Shown: one piece after another, positions 1 to 9,630 of the stretch
How positions within the stretch are numbered: the stretch's first letter is position 1
How the letters are laid out: each line of letters begins with the position of its first letter
Assembly: GCA_963841915.1 (NCBI GenBank)
Contig: CAWJEN010000006.1
Location: forward strand, 576,001-640,000
From: an uncultured Planctomycetota bacterium
GTDB taxonomy: Bacteria; Planctomycetota; Phycisphaerae; Tepidisphaerales; Tepidisphaeraceae
DNA length: 64,000 nucleotides
Reading direction: 5' to 3'
Translations under genes and position numbers: made by a program
Notes under the pieces: model-generated
Database searches by the model: none
The model's input: the letters and a program-made list of their open reading frames with translations, nothing else
What the model was told of the DNA's origin: nothing

Positions 1-282
1 GACCACCTCGGCGGCATCGACGACGCCCTCGCCGCCGCCGCCAAGCGGGCGGATCTCGGTGACGACTATGAGGTGATCGTCCTACCGGGCGAGCAGTCGA
101 ACCCGTTCGCCGGTGCAGGTGGCGGCTTCCCGCTCGGATCGGCCGTCAGCCCGCTCAACGAGCTCATGCGCCTGCTACCGGCCGGCATCCGCGACAACGT
201 CGGGCGGCTGATCGTGACGAGTGAACTGCTGGAGGATCGTCCCGTCATCCTGATGATGCCTTACGCCGTACGGATTCGCTAA
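1..282 (+). CDS. sppA: Signal peptide peptidase SppA (protease IV, S49)-like, C-terminal part (5' truncated by window)
   Basis: Frame 1 is open from base 1 and reads DHLGGIDDALAAAAKRA..., matching the typical SppA C-terminal 'D.LGG..DA...A' segment; TAA at 280-282. Confidence 0.7.
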   Translation, partial: DHLGGIDDALAAAAKRADLGDDYEVIVLPGEQSNPFAGAGGGFPLGSAVSPLNELMRLLPAGIRDNVGRLIVTSELLEDRPVILMMPYAVRIR

Positions 283-309
283 GTCAGGTCGAATTGGCTG
301 TTTTCCACG

Positions 310-337
310 GACGCCTCGGCCAGTGAGCCGGGGCGTC
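310..337 (+). terminator. GC-rich hairpin after sppA, probable terminator
   Basis: GACGCCTCGGC-cagtga-GCCGGGGCGTC followed by TACTTGTT. Confidence 0.5.
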
Positions 338-491
338 TACTTGTTGCGAGCTTGCCGTGGCACAGCATCTCAGGGCTCGTCTTATAGAAGAACGACATTT
401 TTAGGTACGAAGCTCGTAAATTAGCCACGTCTACCCGCGAGATCTGCCTGCCTCATTGGACAAGCGGCAGTCAGATGCCGAAGGTGTCATC

Positions 492-2402
492 ATGTGCGGA
501 ATTGTTGCCTACGTCGGCCGCTCGATTGCCCAGCCTGTTCTGATTGAGGGACTTAAACGCCTCGAGTATCGCGGCTACGACTCGGCGGGCGTGGCCGTCG
601 TCGGAACGGACGGGCAGCTTCATATCCGCCGCACGGTCGGACGAATCAGCGTTCTGGAAGCAGAAGTCGATCGCCGACGCGACATCGGCGAGCCGCTGCC
701 CGAAACAGCCAACGTCGGCATGGCCCACACACGCTGGGCGACCCACGGTGCCGCCACCCGAGACAATGCTCATCCGCATACAGACTCTGCGGGCAAAATC
801 GCCGTCGTTCACAACGGCATCATCGAGAACTACGCGGCGTTGAAGAAGTACCTGGCCCAACGCGGCCACTCGTTCGGCAGCGAGACGGATACCGAAGTGC
901 TCGCTGTCCTCATCGGGCACGTGTACGACGAACTCAAGGCCGAGCAGGCCTCAGGCAACGGCACGCCGACCAAGTCCAATGACGACGGCTCACTTATCCG
1001 GAAGGCCGTCCAGATCGCGCTCGGTGAAGTCGACGGCACGTACGGCATTGCCGTCGTCTGCGGCGACGAGCCCGACACGCTGGTTGTCGCCCGCAAGGGT
1101 TCGCCGCTCATCATCGGTGTGGGCGACGACGAGTACGTCGTCGCCAGCGACGCAGCGGCCATCGTGGAGCACACGTCGCGGGTGATCTACCTCAACGACA
1201 ACGAGATGGCGTTGCTCAGGCCGGGCGCGTTCCGAACATTCACAATCGACGACGTGCCGGTCTCACCGGTCATCGAAGAGCTCGAAACGAGCCTTGAGGA
1301 GTACGAGCTGGGCGAGTACCCGCACTACATGCTCAAGGAGATTTTCGAGCAGCCCGACAGCGTGCAGAACTGTCTACGCGGCAGGGCAGACGGTCGCGAA
1401 GGCCGCATCGTCCTCGGCGGCCTGACACAGTACGAGCGCGTGCTGACGCGAGCTAAGCGTTACATTCTGACCGGCCAAGGCACCGCCTGGCACGCAGGCC
1501 TCATCGGCGACTATCTCATGGAAGACCTGGCCAAGGTCGTCACCGAATGCACCTACGCCAGCGAGTTCCGGTATCGCAACCCGCTCGTCGAGGACGACAC
1601 GGTGGTCGTGGCCATCAGCCAGAGCGGCGAGACGGCCGACACGCTCAGCGCGCTGCGTGAGGCTCGTATCAAGGGTGCGACTGCTATGGGCCTCGTCAAT
1701 GCGGTCGGCAGCTCGATCGCCCGTGAAACCGACTGCGGCGTCTATCTACACGCCGGTCCAGAAATCGGCGTCGCCAGCACGAAGGCTTTTACCTGTCAGT
1801 GCTGCGTGTTGACGATGCTGAGCCTCTATATCGGCCGTCGGCGGTTTATGGGGCAGGAGGAGCACTCGCACCTCATCGAGGCGTTGAACAACATTCCGGA
1901 TCAGATGCGGACGATCCTGAAGGAGAGCGACTTCATCAGAACGGTTGCCGATGAGTTCTGCAACAGGGAAAACTGGTTGTTCCTCGGGCGCGGTTACAAC
2001 TATCCGATCGCGCTCGAAGGTGCGTTGAAGCTCAAAGAGATCAGCTATATTCATGCCGAGGGCATGCCGGCCGCCGAGATGAAGCACGGGCCGATCGCCC
2101 TCATCAGCCAAGGCATGCCCGTTGTCTTCATTGCGACCAAGGGCAGCCAATACGAGAAGGTCATCAGCAACATCGAAGAGGTGCGAGCCCGCGGTGGCAG
2201 GATCATCGCCGTCGCCACCGAGGGTGACACCGATATCGACCGGTATAGCGACCACGTCATCCGGGTGCCCGATGTTCCCGAGCCGTTGCAGCCGCTATTG
2301 ACGGTGGTGCCGTTGCAACTTTTGGCGTATCACGCGGCTGTGCTTCGGGGGTGCAACGTCGACAAGCCGCGGAACCTGGCTAAGAGCGTGACGGTTGAGT
2401 GA
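492..2402 (+). CDS. glmS: Glutamine--fructose-6-phosphate aminotransferase (isomerizing)
   Basis: N-terminal MCGIV (Ntn Cys, ATG at 492), LEYRGYDSAG, HTRWATHG, SQSGET, EGALKLKE, C-terminal PRNLAKSVTVE. Confidence 0.98.
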   Translation: MCGIVAYVGRSIAQPVLIEGLKRLEYRGYDSAGVAVVGTDGQLHIRRTVGRISVLEAEVDRRRDIGEPLPETANVGMAHTRWATHGAATRDNAHPHTDSAGKIAVVHNGIIENYAALKKYLAQRGHSFGSETDTEVLAVLIGHVYDELKAEQASGNGTPTKSNDDGSLIRKAVQIALGEVDGTYGIAVVCGDEPDTLVVARKGSPLIIGVGDDEYVVASDAAAIVEHTSRVIYLNDNEMALLRPGAFRTFTIDDVPVSPVIEELETSLEEYELGEYPHYMLKEIFEQPDSVQNCLRGRADGREGRIVLGGLTQYERVLTRAKRYILTGQGTAWHAGLIGDYLMEDLAKVVTECTYASEFRYRNPLVEDDTVVVAISQSGETADTLSALREARIKGATAMGLVNAVGSSIARETDCGVYLHAGPEIGVASTKAFTCQCCVLTMLSLYIGRRRFMGQEEHSHLIEALNNIPDQMRTILKESDFIRTVADEFCNRENWLFLGRGYNYPIALEGALKLKEISYIHAEGMPAAEMKHGPIALISQGMPVVFIATKGSQYEKVISNIEEVRARGGRIIAVATEGDTDIDRYSDHVIRVPDVPEPLQPLLTVVPLQLLAYHAAVLRGCNVDKPRNLAKSVTVE

Positions 2403-2438
2403 CATTGGCGGGCTCGCGACCGGTACGCCAACCGCACC

Positions 2439-2678
2439 GTGACCGAAGCAGACGGCGGCGTCTTCATGCAGTCGTTTGCGCTCGGCGGCTCCGGGCAGAA
2501 CTTCTTTACCATCGAGGCCATGTCGATCGATCCGCTGGCGAGCGTCGCGCTGACGACGACGCCCGGCCTCGTCAACGTTCAGCAGATCCGCATCGGTGGC
2601 GTGTCGATCCCAGAGCCGTCAGCCCTCCTGTCGCTTGCGACTGGAGGTCTGCTGGTGCTAAGTCGCCGACACAGCTAA
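2439..2678 (+). pseudogene. PEP-CTERM protein C-terminal remnant (no signal peptide)
   Basis: Ends in IPEPSALLSLATGGLLVLSRRHS (PEP motif, TM helix, basic tail), but is only ~80 aa with no N-terminal signal. Confidence 0.6.
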
Positions 2679-2712
2679 GCGACGATGGCCAGTGCGATAA
2701 GGTGACTCCGGA

Positions 2713-4089
2713 ATGATCCAGAGCACCCGCATTCGGCATCTGAACGACGGTGACATTCGCGAGAACGGCAAGTACGTTCTTTACTGGATGCAAGCCGCTC
2801 AGCGGACGCGTTACAACCACGCGCTCGAACATGCCATCGACAGGGCCAATGTACTTAACCTGCCGGTGGTGTGCTGCTTTGGACTGACCGATGGCTATCC
2901 CGAAGCCAACGCCCGGCACTATCAGTTCATGCTCGAAGGCCTTCGCGACGTCGGGGCCAATCTTAAGAAGCGGGGCATCGCCTTTGTGTTCGACAAGAAC
3001 GAGCCGAGCAAGGTCGCTATCAAGTGGGCCAGGGAAGCGGCAGAAGTGGTGGTCGACATGGGATACGTTCGGCCCTGCAGGCGTTGGCGGGACGAGGCGA
3101 GCGATGGGATCGACTGTCGGCTGACGCAAGTCGAAAGCGGCGTCGTGGTGCCTGTCGAGACCGTCAGTGATAAACGTGAGTACGCCGCCCGCACAATTCG
3201 GCCCAAGCTGCACAAGCTGTGGGACGAGTATCTCGAGCCGATGCAGGAGCTCGAGGCCAAGCACAAGTGCGACGGTCGACTGGCTAAGGGCGAACTGGAC
3301 GCAAGCGATCCGGCGACGCTGCTGGCGTCGCTGGACGTCGACGACAGTGTCCCCGGCAGCGAGCAATACGAAGGCGGCGAGAACAAGGCGCGGGCGATGC
3401 TCGACTCGTTCATGAAGCACAAGCTCGACGGTTACGCAGATGGTCGCAACGAGCCTTCATCTGACAAACACAGCTACATGAGCATGTACCTGCACTTCGG
3501 GCAGATCTCGCCGCTCGAGATCGCGCTGGAGGTGCGAGACGCCAAGGCGGGCGAAGACACGAAGAGTTACCTCGAAGAACTCATCATCCGCCGCGAGCTG
3601 GCGAAGAACTTCGTCTGGTTCGAGCCGGACTACGACAGCTACAAGTGCCTGCCAGACTGGGCCAAGAAAACGCTCGCCGAGCACCGCAATGACGAGCGGC
3701 CGACGGTCTACACCCGCGATGATCTTGAGAAGGCCAAGACCGACGACCCGTACTGGAATGCCGCGATGGATCAGCTTCGGCTGACCGGGTTCATGCACAA
3801 CTACATGCGGATGTACTGGGGCAAGAAGGTCCTGGAGTGGACCAACACGCCTGAGTACGGCTACGACACGCTTTTGTACCTGAACAACAAGTACTTCATC
3901 GACGGTCGGGATCCCAACAGCTACTCCAATGTCGCTTGGATCTTTGGCCTGCACGACCGGCCGTGGACCGAGCGAAGCGTCTTCGGCAAGGTGCGGTACA
4001 TGAATGCCAAGGGACTCGAACGCAAGTTCGACATGACGTCGTACGTGCGGCAGATCGACAAGCTGCGCAACGGCTCAGTCGCCAAGTAG
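2713..4089 (+). CDS. phrB: Class II CPD photolyase (deoxyribodipyrimidine photo-lyase)
   Basis: YVLYWMQ..QR...NHAL, YLHFGQIS, LEELIIRREL, GFMHNYMRMYWGKKVLEW, DGRDPNSY, HDRPW...FGKVRYM. Confidence 0.95.
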   Translation: MIQSTRIRHLNDGDIRENGKYVLYWMQAAQRTRYNHALEHAIDRANVLNLPVVCCFGLTDGYPEANARHYQFMLEGLRDVGANLKKRGIAFVFDKNEPSKVAIKWAREAAEVVVDMGYVRPCRRWRDEASDGIDCRLTQVESGVVVPVETVSDKREYAARTIRPKLHKLWDEYLEPMQELEAKHKCDGRLAKGELDASDPATLLASLDVDDSVPGSEQYEGGENKARAMLDSFMKHKLDGYADGRNEPSSDKHSYMSMYLHFGQISPLEIALEVRDAKAGEDTKSYLEELIIRRELAKNFVWFEPDYDSYKCLPDWAKKTLAEHRNDERPTVYTRDDLEKAKTDDPYWNAAMDQLRLTGFMHNYMRMYWGKKVLEWTNTPEYGYDTLLYLNNKYFIDGRDPNSYSNVAWIFGLHDRPWTERSVFGKVRYMNAKGLERKFDMTSYVRQIDKLRNGSVAK

Positions 4090-5232
4090 CTCGACCAGGC
4101 GGTCGGCGTTTTTCTGCAGCCAGACAACTTTGCGCTGCACCATGTTCAAAAAGCCGTGTCCCTCGAGCTTGCCGAATTGGCCGGTCGCGGCGATCGGGTA
4201 GACGGCCTCCGCGATGAGCGCCTCGACCATCAGCCAAGGCGTCGCCTTCAGCTCCGCATCGCTCAGGAGCTGAACATCGTCGTAGCCTCGCAGGAATCGC
4301 TTGAAGCGCGACTCGTCGAGATAGTCAGGCCAAGAGGCGACGTCTTCGCCACCGCCGAGGATGGAGAATTGCAGCGCACCGTTAGCCGAATCGATAATGC
4401 GAGGTAAGCGTCGGGCCGAGTCGTAGTCGATGACGGCCACGACACGACCTTGACGGAAGAGCATGTTGCCCGGGTGCCAGTCGCCGTGCACGATTTGCGG
4501 CGGCCAGTCACCGAGGCCAGCGTCGTCGGCGCTGTCACGGGCGTGCAGGTAGCTGTCGCGCAGGAAGCGGCAGAGGTTGGCGACCTTCTTGTTGCCGACG
4601 AAATGGGCGATGATGCGCTCAAAGCCCTGCTCGACGGCGGCTGCGCCATGGAAGCTGCCGCTCGGTGTTTCGTAGGGAGAATCGAGGTCTTCGAGCAGCT
4701 TGTGGTACAGAGCCAGAATGCGGCCTGCGTCGAAGGTCGAGTCGAGGCTTTGACCGTAGGGCTCGCCGGGGATGTACTCGAACAGCTCGTAGATGCGGCC
4801 GTCGAGGACGAGCATCGTGCTGCCGCTGACACGCTCGGGAATGAGGTGCGGCAGCGGAAACTGTTTGGCGGCCAAGTGGTTCTGCAGGTCGTGGCAGAAG
4901 GCGACCTTGTTCTGGTCTTCGCCACCGCGCCCGCGAGCGCGGCGTTTGAGCAGGAACCGACCATTGGCCGTCTTGATGACGAGTTTGGGTGCCTTGCGAC
5001 TGCCGCGGTGAAAATCGTCAAGAGCGTCGATGACGCCGAGGTCGAAGTGGCTTAGCACGCGGGCCAGCTCATCACGATCGAAGGTGTCGTACCCGCCGGA
5101 GCTGGGGCTGGTTTCGCGGGACGCATTACGGGTGGCCATCGACGCTGCGGCGGTCGGCGAAGGGCGTACCCCCGGCTTGGCTTGGGCTGGATCGACCGTT
5201 GCGGTCGCGGGTTGGGCGGTCGGCTGCGTCAT
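4075..5232 (-). CDS. APH/choline-kinase superfamily phosphotransferase, homoserine kinase type II-like
   Basis: HGDWHPGNMLF catalytic loop and VIDYD metal-binding motif; overall similarity to ThrB type II. Confidence 0.8.
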   Translation of the reverse strand: MTQPTAQPATATVDPAQAKPGVRPSPTAAASMATRNASRETSPSSGGYDTFDRDELARVLSHFDLGVIDALDDFHRGSRKAPKLVIKTANGRFLLKRRARGRGGEDQNKVAFCHDLQNHLAAKQFPLPHLIPERVSGSTMLVLDGRIYELFEYIPGEPYGQSLDSTFDAGRILALYHKLLEDLDSPYETPSGSFHGAAAVEQGFERIIAHFVGNKKVANLCRFLRDSYLHARDSADDAGLGDWPPQIVHGDWHPGNMLFRQGRVVAVIDYDSARRLPRIIDSANGALQFSILGGGEDVASWPDYLDESRFKRFLRGYDDVQLLSDAELKATPWLMVEALIAEAVYPIAATGQFGKLEGHGFLNMVQRKVVWLQKNADRLVELLGD

Positions 5233-5315
5233 CGCGGTCGGGTGTCTGACCGTAGATCGGTTGGCGCGGGTCCGCAGCGTTATCGGGCTGTGAAAGCTGC
5301 GGCCTTGGCCGAGGG

Positions 5316-6431
5316 TTATTGCAGGTCAACGAAGGGCACTGCTGCCGGGACCAGTTCGACCTCCAGAGGCAGCGTGCCACCTGGGTCGCCGTCTATCTGC
5401 ACATCGACTGGCTTGCTCTGGGGCGTGGTGACGGCGACGCGGGTGCCGCTGACGCTGACGACGCCGGGGCCGTTGACGTGCCAGCCTGCTGTCGTGGTGA
5501 CGAGCAGCTTCAGCAGGTCCCCGGCATGTCGGCAGGGCAGGCAGACGACGTCGAGCCTGCCATCGTCGCTGCGGGCGTGCGGGACGATTGGAATGCCTGT
5601 CCCGTACTCGCTGACGTTGGCAATCATAACGAGTGCCGGTGCTGGGCCGAACACGTGTCGGCCATCGACATGCACGTCGATCAGGGGGAACCGGCCACTC
5701 ATCATGGCAGCGGCCGTCGGGAGGGCGTAGCTCGTCAGGCCGATCGCGCCACTTCCCGACGCCCGCCGGCGATCGAGCTCTGCTACGACGTGAGCGTCGA
5801 AGCCGACGCCCGCCATCAGTAGGAACAGACCATTCTTCGTCCGCCCGACGTCAAGCCGTCTTGCGTTGCCGCGAAGAAGCGATGCGACCGCTGAGGCGGC
5901 GACCTGCCGTGCCTGGCCTTGCCGAGTCGGCAGCCCTTGACGACCAAACCGCACTGCACGAAACGCCACACGCCTAGCCGTGCTGCCGAGCAGTGACGCA
6001 GCTCTGACCGTCGTCCGCTCCATCGTGTCGCGACGGGCCCCGACGACCTCCCGAGCACCGTCGAGTGCAATGTGGGCCAGTGTGCGACGCAGCCCGAGGT
6101 GCTGGCCCATGAGGTTGGCGGTGCCCATCGGGACCGGCAACACGGGCGGGACATCAAGGCCGTACAGCTCGACGAGTCGGTCGACAGCCACCCGCAGCGT
6201 CCCGTCGCCACCGATCACGATGACGCAGTGTGGTCGCCAGGGCGGGGTGGCGTGGGTGGCGTGCTCGTGTGAGACGGTGACGTCGATGTCGAGCCGGCGA
6301 AGCCGCTTCGTTAGTTGGCGTTCCACGTGGAGCGCGGTGCCGCGTCCTGCACGTGGGTTGACGAGCAGCCAAACCCGCTCTGCATGAAAGCTGACATGGC
6401 GTGACGGCTGATCGGGATAAAGCCGGCTCAC
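5316..6431 (-). CDS. Diacylglycerol kinase family lipid kinase (DAGK/YegS-like)
   Basis: LVNPRAG, GGDGT, PMGTANL, MAGVGFDA, DDGRLDV, QIDGD; start uncertain (GTG 6431 chosen). Confidence 0.9.
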   Translation of the reverse strand: MSRLYPDQPSRHVSFHAERVWLLVNPRAGRGTALHVERQLTKRLRRLDIDVTVSHEHATHATPPWRPHCVIVIGGDGTLRVAVDRLVELYGLDVPPVLPVPMGTANLMGQHLGLRRTLAHIALDGAREVVGARRDTMERTTVRAASLLGSTARRVAFRAVRFGRQGLPTRQGQARQVAASAVASLLRGNARRLDVGRTKNGLFLLMAGVGFDAHVVAELDRRRASGSGAIGLTSYALPTAAAMMSGRFPLIDVHVDGRHVFGPAPALVMIANVSEYGTGIPIVPHARSDDGRLDVVCLPCRHAGDLLKLLVTTTAGWHVNGPGVVSVSGTRVAVTTPQSKPVDVQIDGDPGGTLPLEVELVPAAVPFVDLQ

Positions 6432-6457
6432 GGGCAGGACGATACCGCGGTAGACGC

Positions 6458-7849
6458 ATGACGGTGCCTTCCGACACAAATCGACCCAACGCCACCGCGG
6501 CGCCCGTGTTGAAGGCGCGGCCGTTCCGGGTGTCGCTGCGGGACAAGCTGCTGGCCAGCGTCTGCACGATCGTCATCGCGGCGGTGCTGCTGACGGCCGC
6601 GGCGGTGGCGACGCACACGGCCAACACACTCGCCGACGCCTCAGCCGGTTCAATGGACCCCGACCGGTGGGAGCAAGCAATGGACGCCGTCGCCCGGGCC
6701 GTCGGTGCCGCCGCGTTGGCAAGCCTCGCGTTCATCTTGCCGGTCGTGTACCTGCTGATCGCAAGGGCGTTCGAGCCGATCACGCGACTCCACGCCGCAG
6801 CGGCGGCAGTGGCGGAAGGGCATTACGCGACCGTCGACATCTGTCGTCCCGGCGAAGCTGTCGGCAAGCTTGCCGACACCTTCAACGCGATGGTGACGCG
6901 ACTCCGCGAGCAGAAAAAGATCGCCGACGACGCCAACGCCCGACTGCTGGCGACAAACCTGAACCTCGAAAAGCTCGTCGCCGATCGCACCCGCGATGCT
7001 GAGGCGACGAGCGACCGATTGGCCCGCGAGATCGACGAACGCGGCGACTTCTTCCGCGCGGTGAGCCACGATCTGGCAGCACCGCTTCGCAACATCGACG
7101 GCATGGTCGCCAGCGTCTTGCGCAAGCACGATCTACCCGAAGAAGCTGTCCGCCGACTCGAGCGGGTGCGTCACAACGTGGCCGTCGAGAGCGAGCTCAT
7201 CGGTGAGGTGCTGGAGCTGAGCCGCATCAAGAGCCGTCAAGGTGAGCGCGAGCCGGTGAACCTCGGTGAGATCGTTTACGACCTGCGCGGCGTCTTCGAC
7301 AACGACCTGCAGCAGCGGGGTATCGAGGTGCTCGTCGAGACGCAGCTGCCGACGATCATGGGCGAGCGTGCCCGGCTTCGGCAGGTCTTCCAGAACCTCA
7401 TCGACAACGCGATCAAGTACATGGGCGACGGACCTATCCGCGAGATCCGCATCGGATGTCTTGTCCGTCGCGACGTAGCCGACTTCTACGTCAAAGACAC
7501 CGGAATCGGCATCTCGCAGGACGAGGCGGAGAAGGTCTTCTACGCCTTCCGCCGCGGGACGAATCACACGGGCGTGGCCGGTAAAGGCGTGGGGCTGGCG
7601 GGGGTCAAGGCCATCATCGAGACCTACGACGGCGCGATCCGCTGTGAGCCCAACCCGACCCCGGAAAAGGGCACCACCTTCCGTTTCACGATGCACGCCA
7701 GGCACCTTGCTGGTGGCGGAGCGGGCGTGTTCCGTAAGCCGCTCATGGCCGAAGACATCCCCGCCGGCACCATCTCGGCCGACGGTGACGCGCTCTACGG
7801 CGGCGACCTCGTCAACGAGTCGCTGACTCCGATTAGCCACGCCGCCTGA
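6458..7849 (+). CDS. Membrane sensor histidine kinase (2 TM, HAMP, HisKA, HATPase)
   Basis: H-box VSHDLAAPL, N-box QVFQNLIDNAIKY, DTGIGI, GKGVGLA; two N-terminal hydrophobic segments. Confidence 0.93.
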   Translation: MTVPSDTNRPNATAAPVLKARPFRVSLRDKLLASVCTIVIAAVLLTAAAVATHTANTLADASAGSMDPDRWEQAMDAVARAVGAAALASLAFILPVVYLLIARAFEPITRLHAAAAAVAEGHYATVDICRPGEAVGKLADTFNAMVTRLREQKKIADDANARLLATNLNLEKLVADRTRDAEATSDRLAREIDERGDFFRAVSHDLAAPLRNIDGMVASVLRKHDLPEEAVRRLERVRHNVAVESELIGEVLELSRIKSRQGEREPVNLGEIVYDLRGVFDNDLQQRGIEVLVETQLPTIMGERARLRQVFQNLIDNAIKYMGDGPIREIRIGCLVRRDVADFYVKDTGIGISQDEAEKVFYAFRRGTNHTGVAGKGVGLAGVKAIIETYDGAIRCEPNPTPEKGTTFRFTMHARHLAGGGAGVFRKPLMAEDIPAGTISADGDALYGGDLVNESLTPISHAA

Positions 7850-7868
7850 ACTTTCTACTGCAGTATCA

Positions 7869-8372
7869 ATGTCTGCCCCTGGACCTCATCTTGCTCTCAG
7901 GCCGACCGTGCTGGTCGTTGATGACGATCCGGATTTGCGCATGCTCATCCGCGACGCCATCGAAGAGGCCGAAGCCCATCGCGGTGGCGGGACGACGCTC
8001 GACGTCGTCGAACTCTGCAGCGGCGAAGAGGCGACCGACTACATGATCCGGGCCAGTAGCGGCGAAGTTGACGCGCCCAAGCTGCCGAGCCTGATCTACA
8101 TGGACGTCGAGATGCCCGGTATCGGCGGGCTCGAGGCGGTTCGGCAGGTCAAAAGCGACCCACGCTGGCGTGACATTCCCATCGTCGTGCTCAGCGGCCT
8201 CAGCGACGCCGGTGCCATCGGCCGGGCCAGCCAATACGGCGCCAACAGCTACAACGTCAAACCCACCGACGCAGAGCAATTGGCCAAAACGGTCCTCTCG
8301 AGCACGGACTACTGGCTCAACGTTCACCAGACCCCGACGCACCATCGGCCCCAAGAGGAGTGCCGCCGATGA
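7869..8372 (+). CDS. Single-domain response regulator (CheY/Rcp1-like)
   Basis: VLVVDDD, LIYMDVEMPG, IPIVVLS, GANSYNVKP. Confidence 0.92.
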   Translation: MSAPGPHLALRPTVLVVDDDPDLRMLIRDAIEEAEAHRGGGTTLDVVELCSGEEATDYMIRASSGEVDAPKLPSLIYMDVEMPGIGGLEAVRQVKSDPRWRDIPIVVLSGLSDAGAIGRASQYGANSYNVKPTDAEQLAKTVLSSTDYWLNVHQTPTHHRPQEECRR

Positions 8373-9496
8373 CAACGCCCACTTCGCCTGACCCGTCCGC
8401 ATTTCAATCGTATTCATTTGGTCACGACACACCCATGCCGCACGCTACCGCTTCAACGGGGGACGTTATGAGCCAGCAGTCTGAAAAGCAGCCCACAACT
8501 GTCAGCCTCCGCCTGCTTTTGGTGGAGGATGATCCGGATCAGCGCGAGCTCATCAGCGAGATGCTCGAAGACCACTTCGGGGTCGGCTGCGTCGACTACG
8601 CCGCAACCTGCAGGCAGGCCGATGAAGTCGAGCTGCCCGGGCCGTACGCGCTCGTGCTGTGCGACGTGAACCTGCCCGACGGCAGCGGGCTCGACGTGCT
8701 CAAGCGGATCCGCATGCGGGCTCCGTGTCTGCCGGTGATGATGCTGACGGGTGAGAATGACTCGACGATTGCCCGTGAGGCAATTAAGCGTGGTGCGTGT
8801 GACTATGCGGTTAAGGCCGGCGCGTACCTGGACACGATGCCGCTGACGGTCGAGAAGAACCTTGCCGCCGATGCCGAGGCGAGCGTGGCCCGGCAGCAAC
8901 ACGAGGCCGAGGCCGTCCGGTTGCAGGACGAGAACAAGCACCTCACGCAAACGCTCTCCGCCACCGAGATCGCCCGCAAGGAGGCCGAACGTGAAGCGAG
9001 CCTCGATGCGATGACCGGCTGCTACAACCGTCGTGCGTTCGAGCGGATCGGCGATCAGCTTTTCTCCGAGGCGTACCGCACCGGTGGCGAACTGTCGCTG
9101 GTCATGATCGACCTCGACAAGTTCAAGCAGGTCAACGACACGTTGGGCCATGCCGTGGGTGACGACCTCATCCGCTGTGCAGCCAAGAGCATTCAGGCGA
9201 ACCTGCGGGCGATGGACGTTGCCTGCCGGTACGGCGGTGACGAGTTCATTCTGCTGCTACCTAAGACCAGCACTACGCAAGCCACCGCCGTTGCCTCCCG
9301 CATCGCTGACGACTTCGGCACCGCCTCCATGCAGTTGCTCGGCACCGGTGAACGAAAGACGATGAGCCTCGGCGTTGCAGAGCTTCACGCCACCGATCCC
9401 GAACCGGCCAACGTGGAAGCGCTCATGGTCGCCTGCGACCGCGCCCTTTACCGCGCCAAAGAAGGCGGCCGAGCCCAGGTTTGCGCGGCCGCGTGA
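8369..9496 (+). CDS. Receiver-domain diguanylate cyclase (REC-GGDEF)
   Basis: LLLVEDD...DVNLPDG receiver; DAMTGCYNRR, DLDKFKQVND, RAMD (RxxD I-site), RYGGDEF; ATGA overlap with upstream stop and GAGGAG RBS. Confidence 0.93.
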   Translation: MTTPTSPDPSAFQSYSFGHDTPMPHATASTGDVMSQQSEKQPTTVSLRLLLVEDDPDQRELISEMLEDHFGVGCVDYAATCRQADEVELPGPYALVLCDVNLPDGSGLDVLKRIRMRAPCLPVMMLTGENDSTIAREAIKRGACDYAVKAGAYLDTMPLTVEKNLAADAEASVARQQHEAEAVRLQDENKHLTQTLSATEIARKEAEREASLDAMTGCYNRRAFERIGDQLFSEAYRTGGELSLVMIDLDKFKQVNDTLGHAVGDDLIRCAAKSIQANLRAMDVACRYGGDEFILLLPKTSTTQATAVASRIADDFGTASMQLLGTGERKTMSLGVAELHATDPEPANVEALMVACDRALYRAKEGGRAQVCAAA

Positions 9497-9555
9497 GCTT
9501 CATCTGTTGCGCCGCGGCGGCCAAGTGGGGGGCGGCGGTGGGGCCGATCGACCAT

Positions 9556-9571
9556 TGTTCCACGTGGAACA
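9556..9571. promoter_or_regulatory. parS (ParB-binding) site
   Basis: Perfect palindrome TGTTCCACGTGGAACA matching the chromosomal parS consensus. Confidence 0.9.
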
Positions 9572-9573
9572 TT

Positions 9574-9610
9574 CGCCGACCCTCGCCACGCGTCGTGGCG
9601 AGGGTCGGCG
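9574..9610. repeat. Perfect 17-bp inverted repeat between the two parS sites (possible bidirectional terminator)
   Basis: CGCCGACCCTCGCCACG-cgt-CGTGGCGAGGGTCGGCG, located between convergent genes. Confidence 0.8.
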
Positions 9611-9630
9611 ACGTTGGCGAGACCTCAGAA

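Noticed and set aside
283..491. glmS ribozyme
   Set aside because: The conserved core elements (AGCGCC...ACT, GACGAGG) are not visible in the leader.
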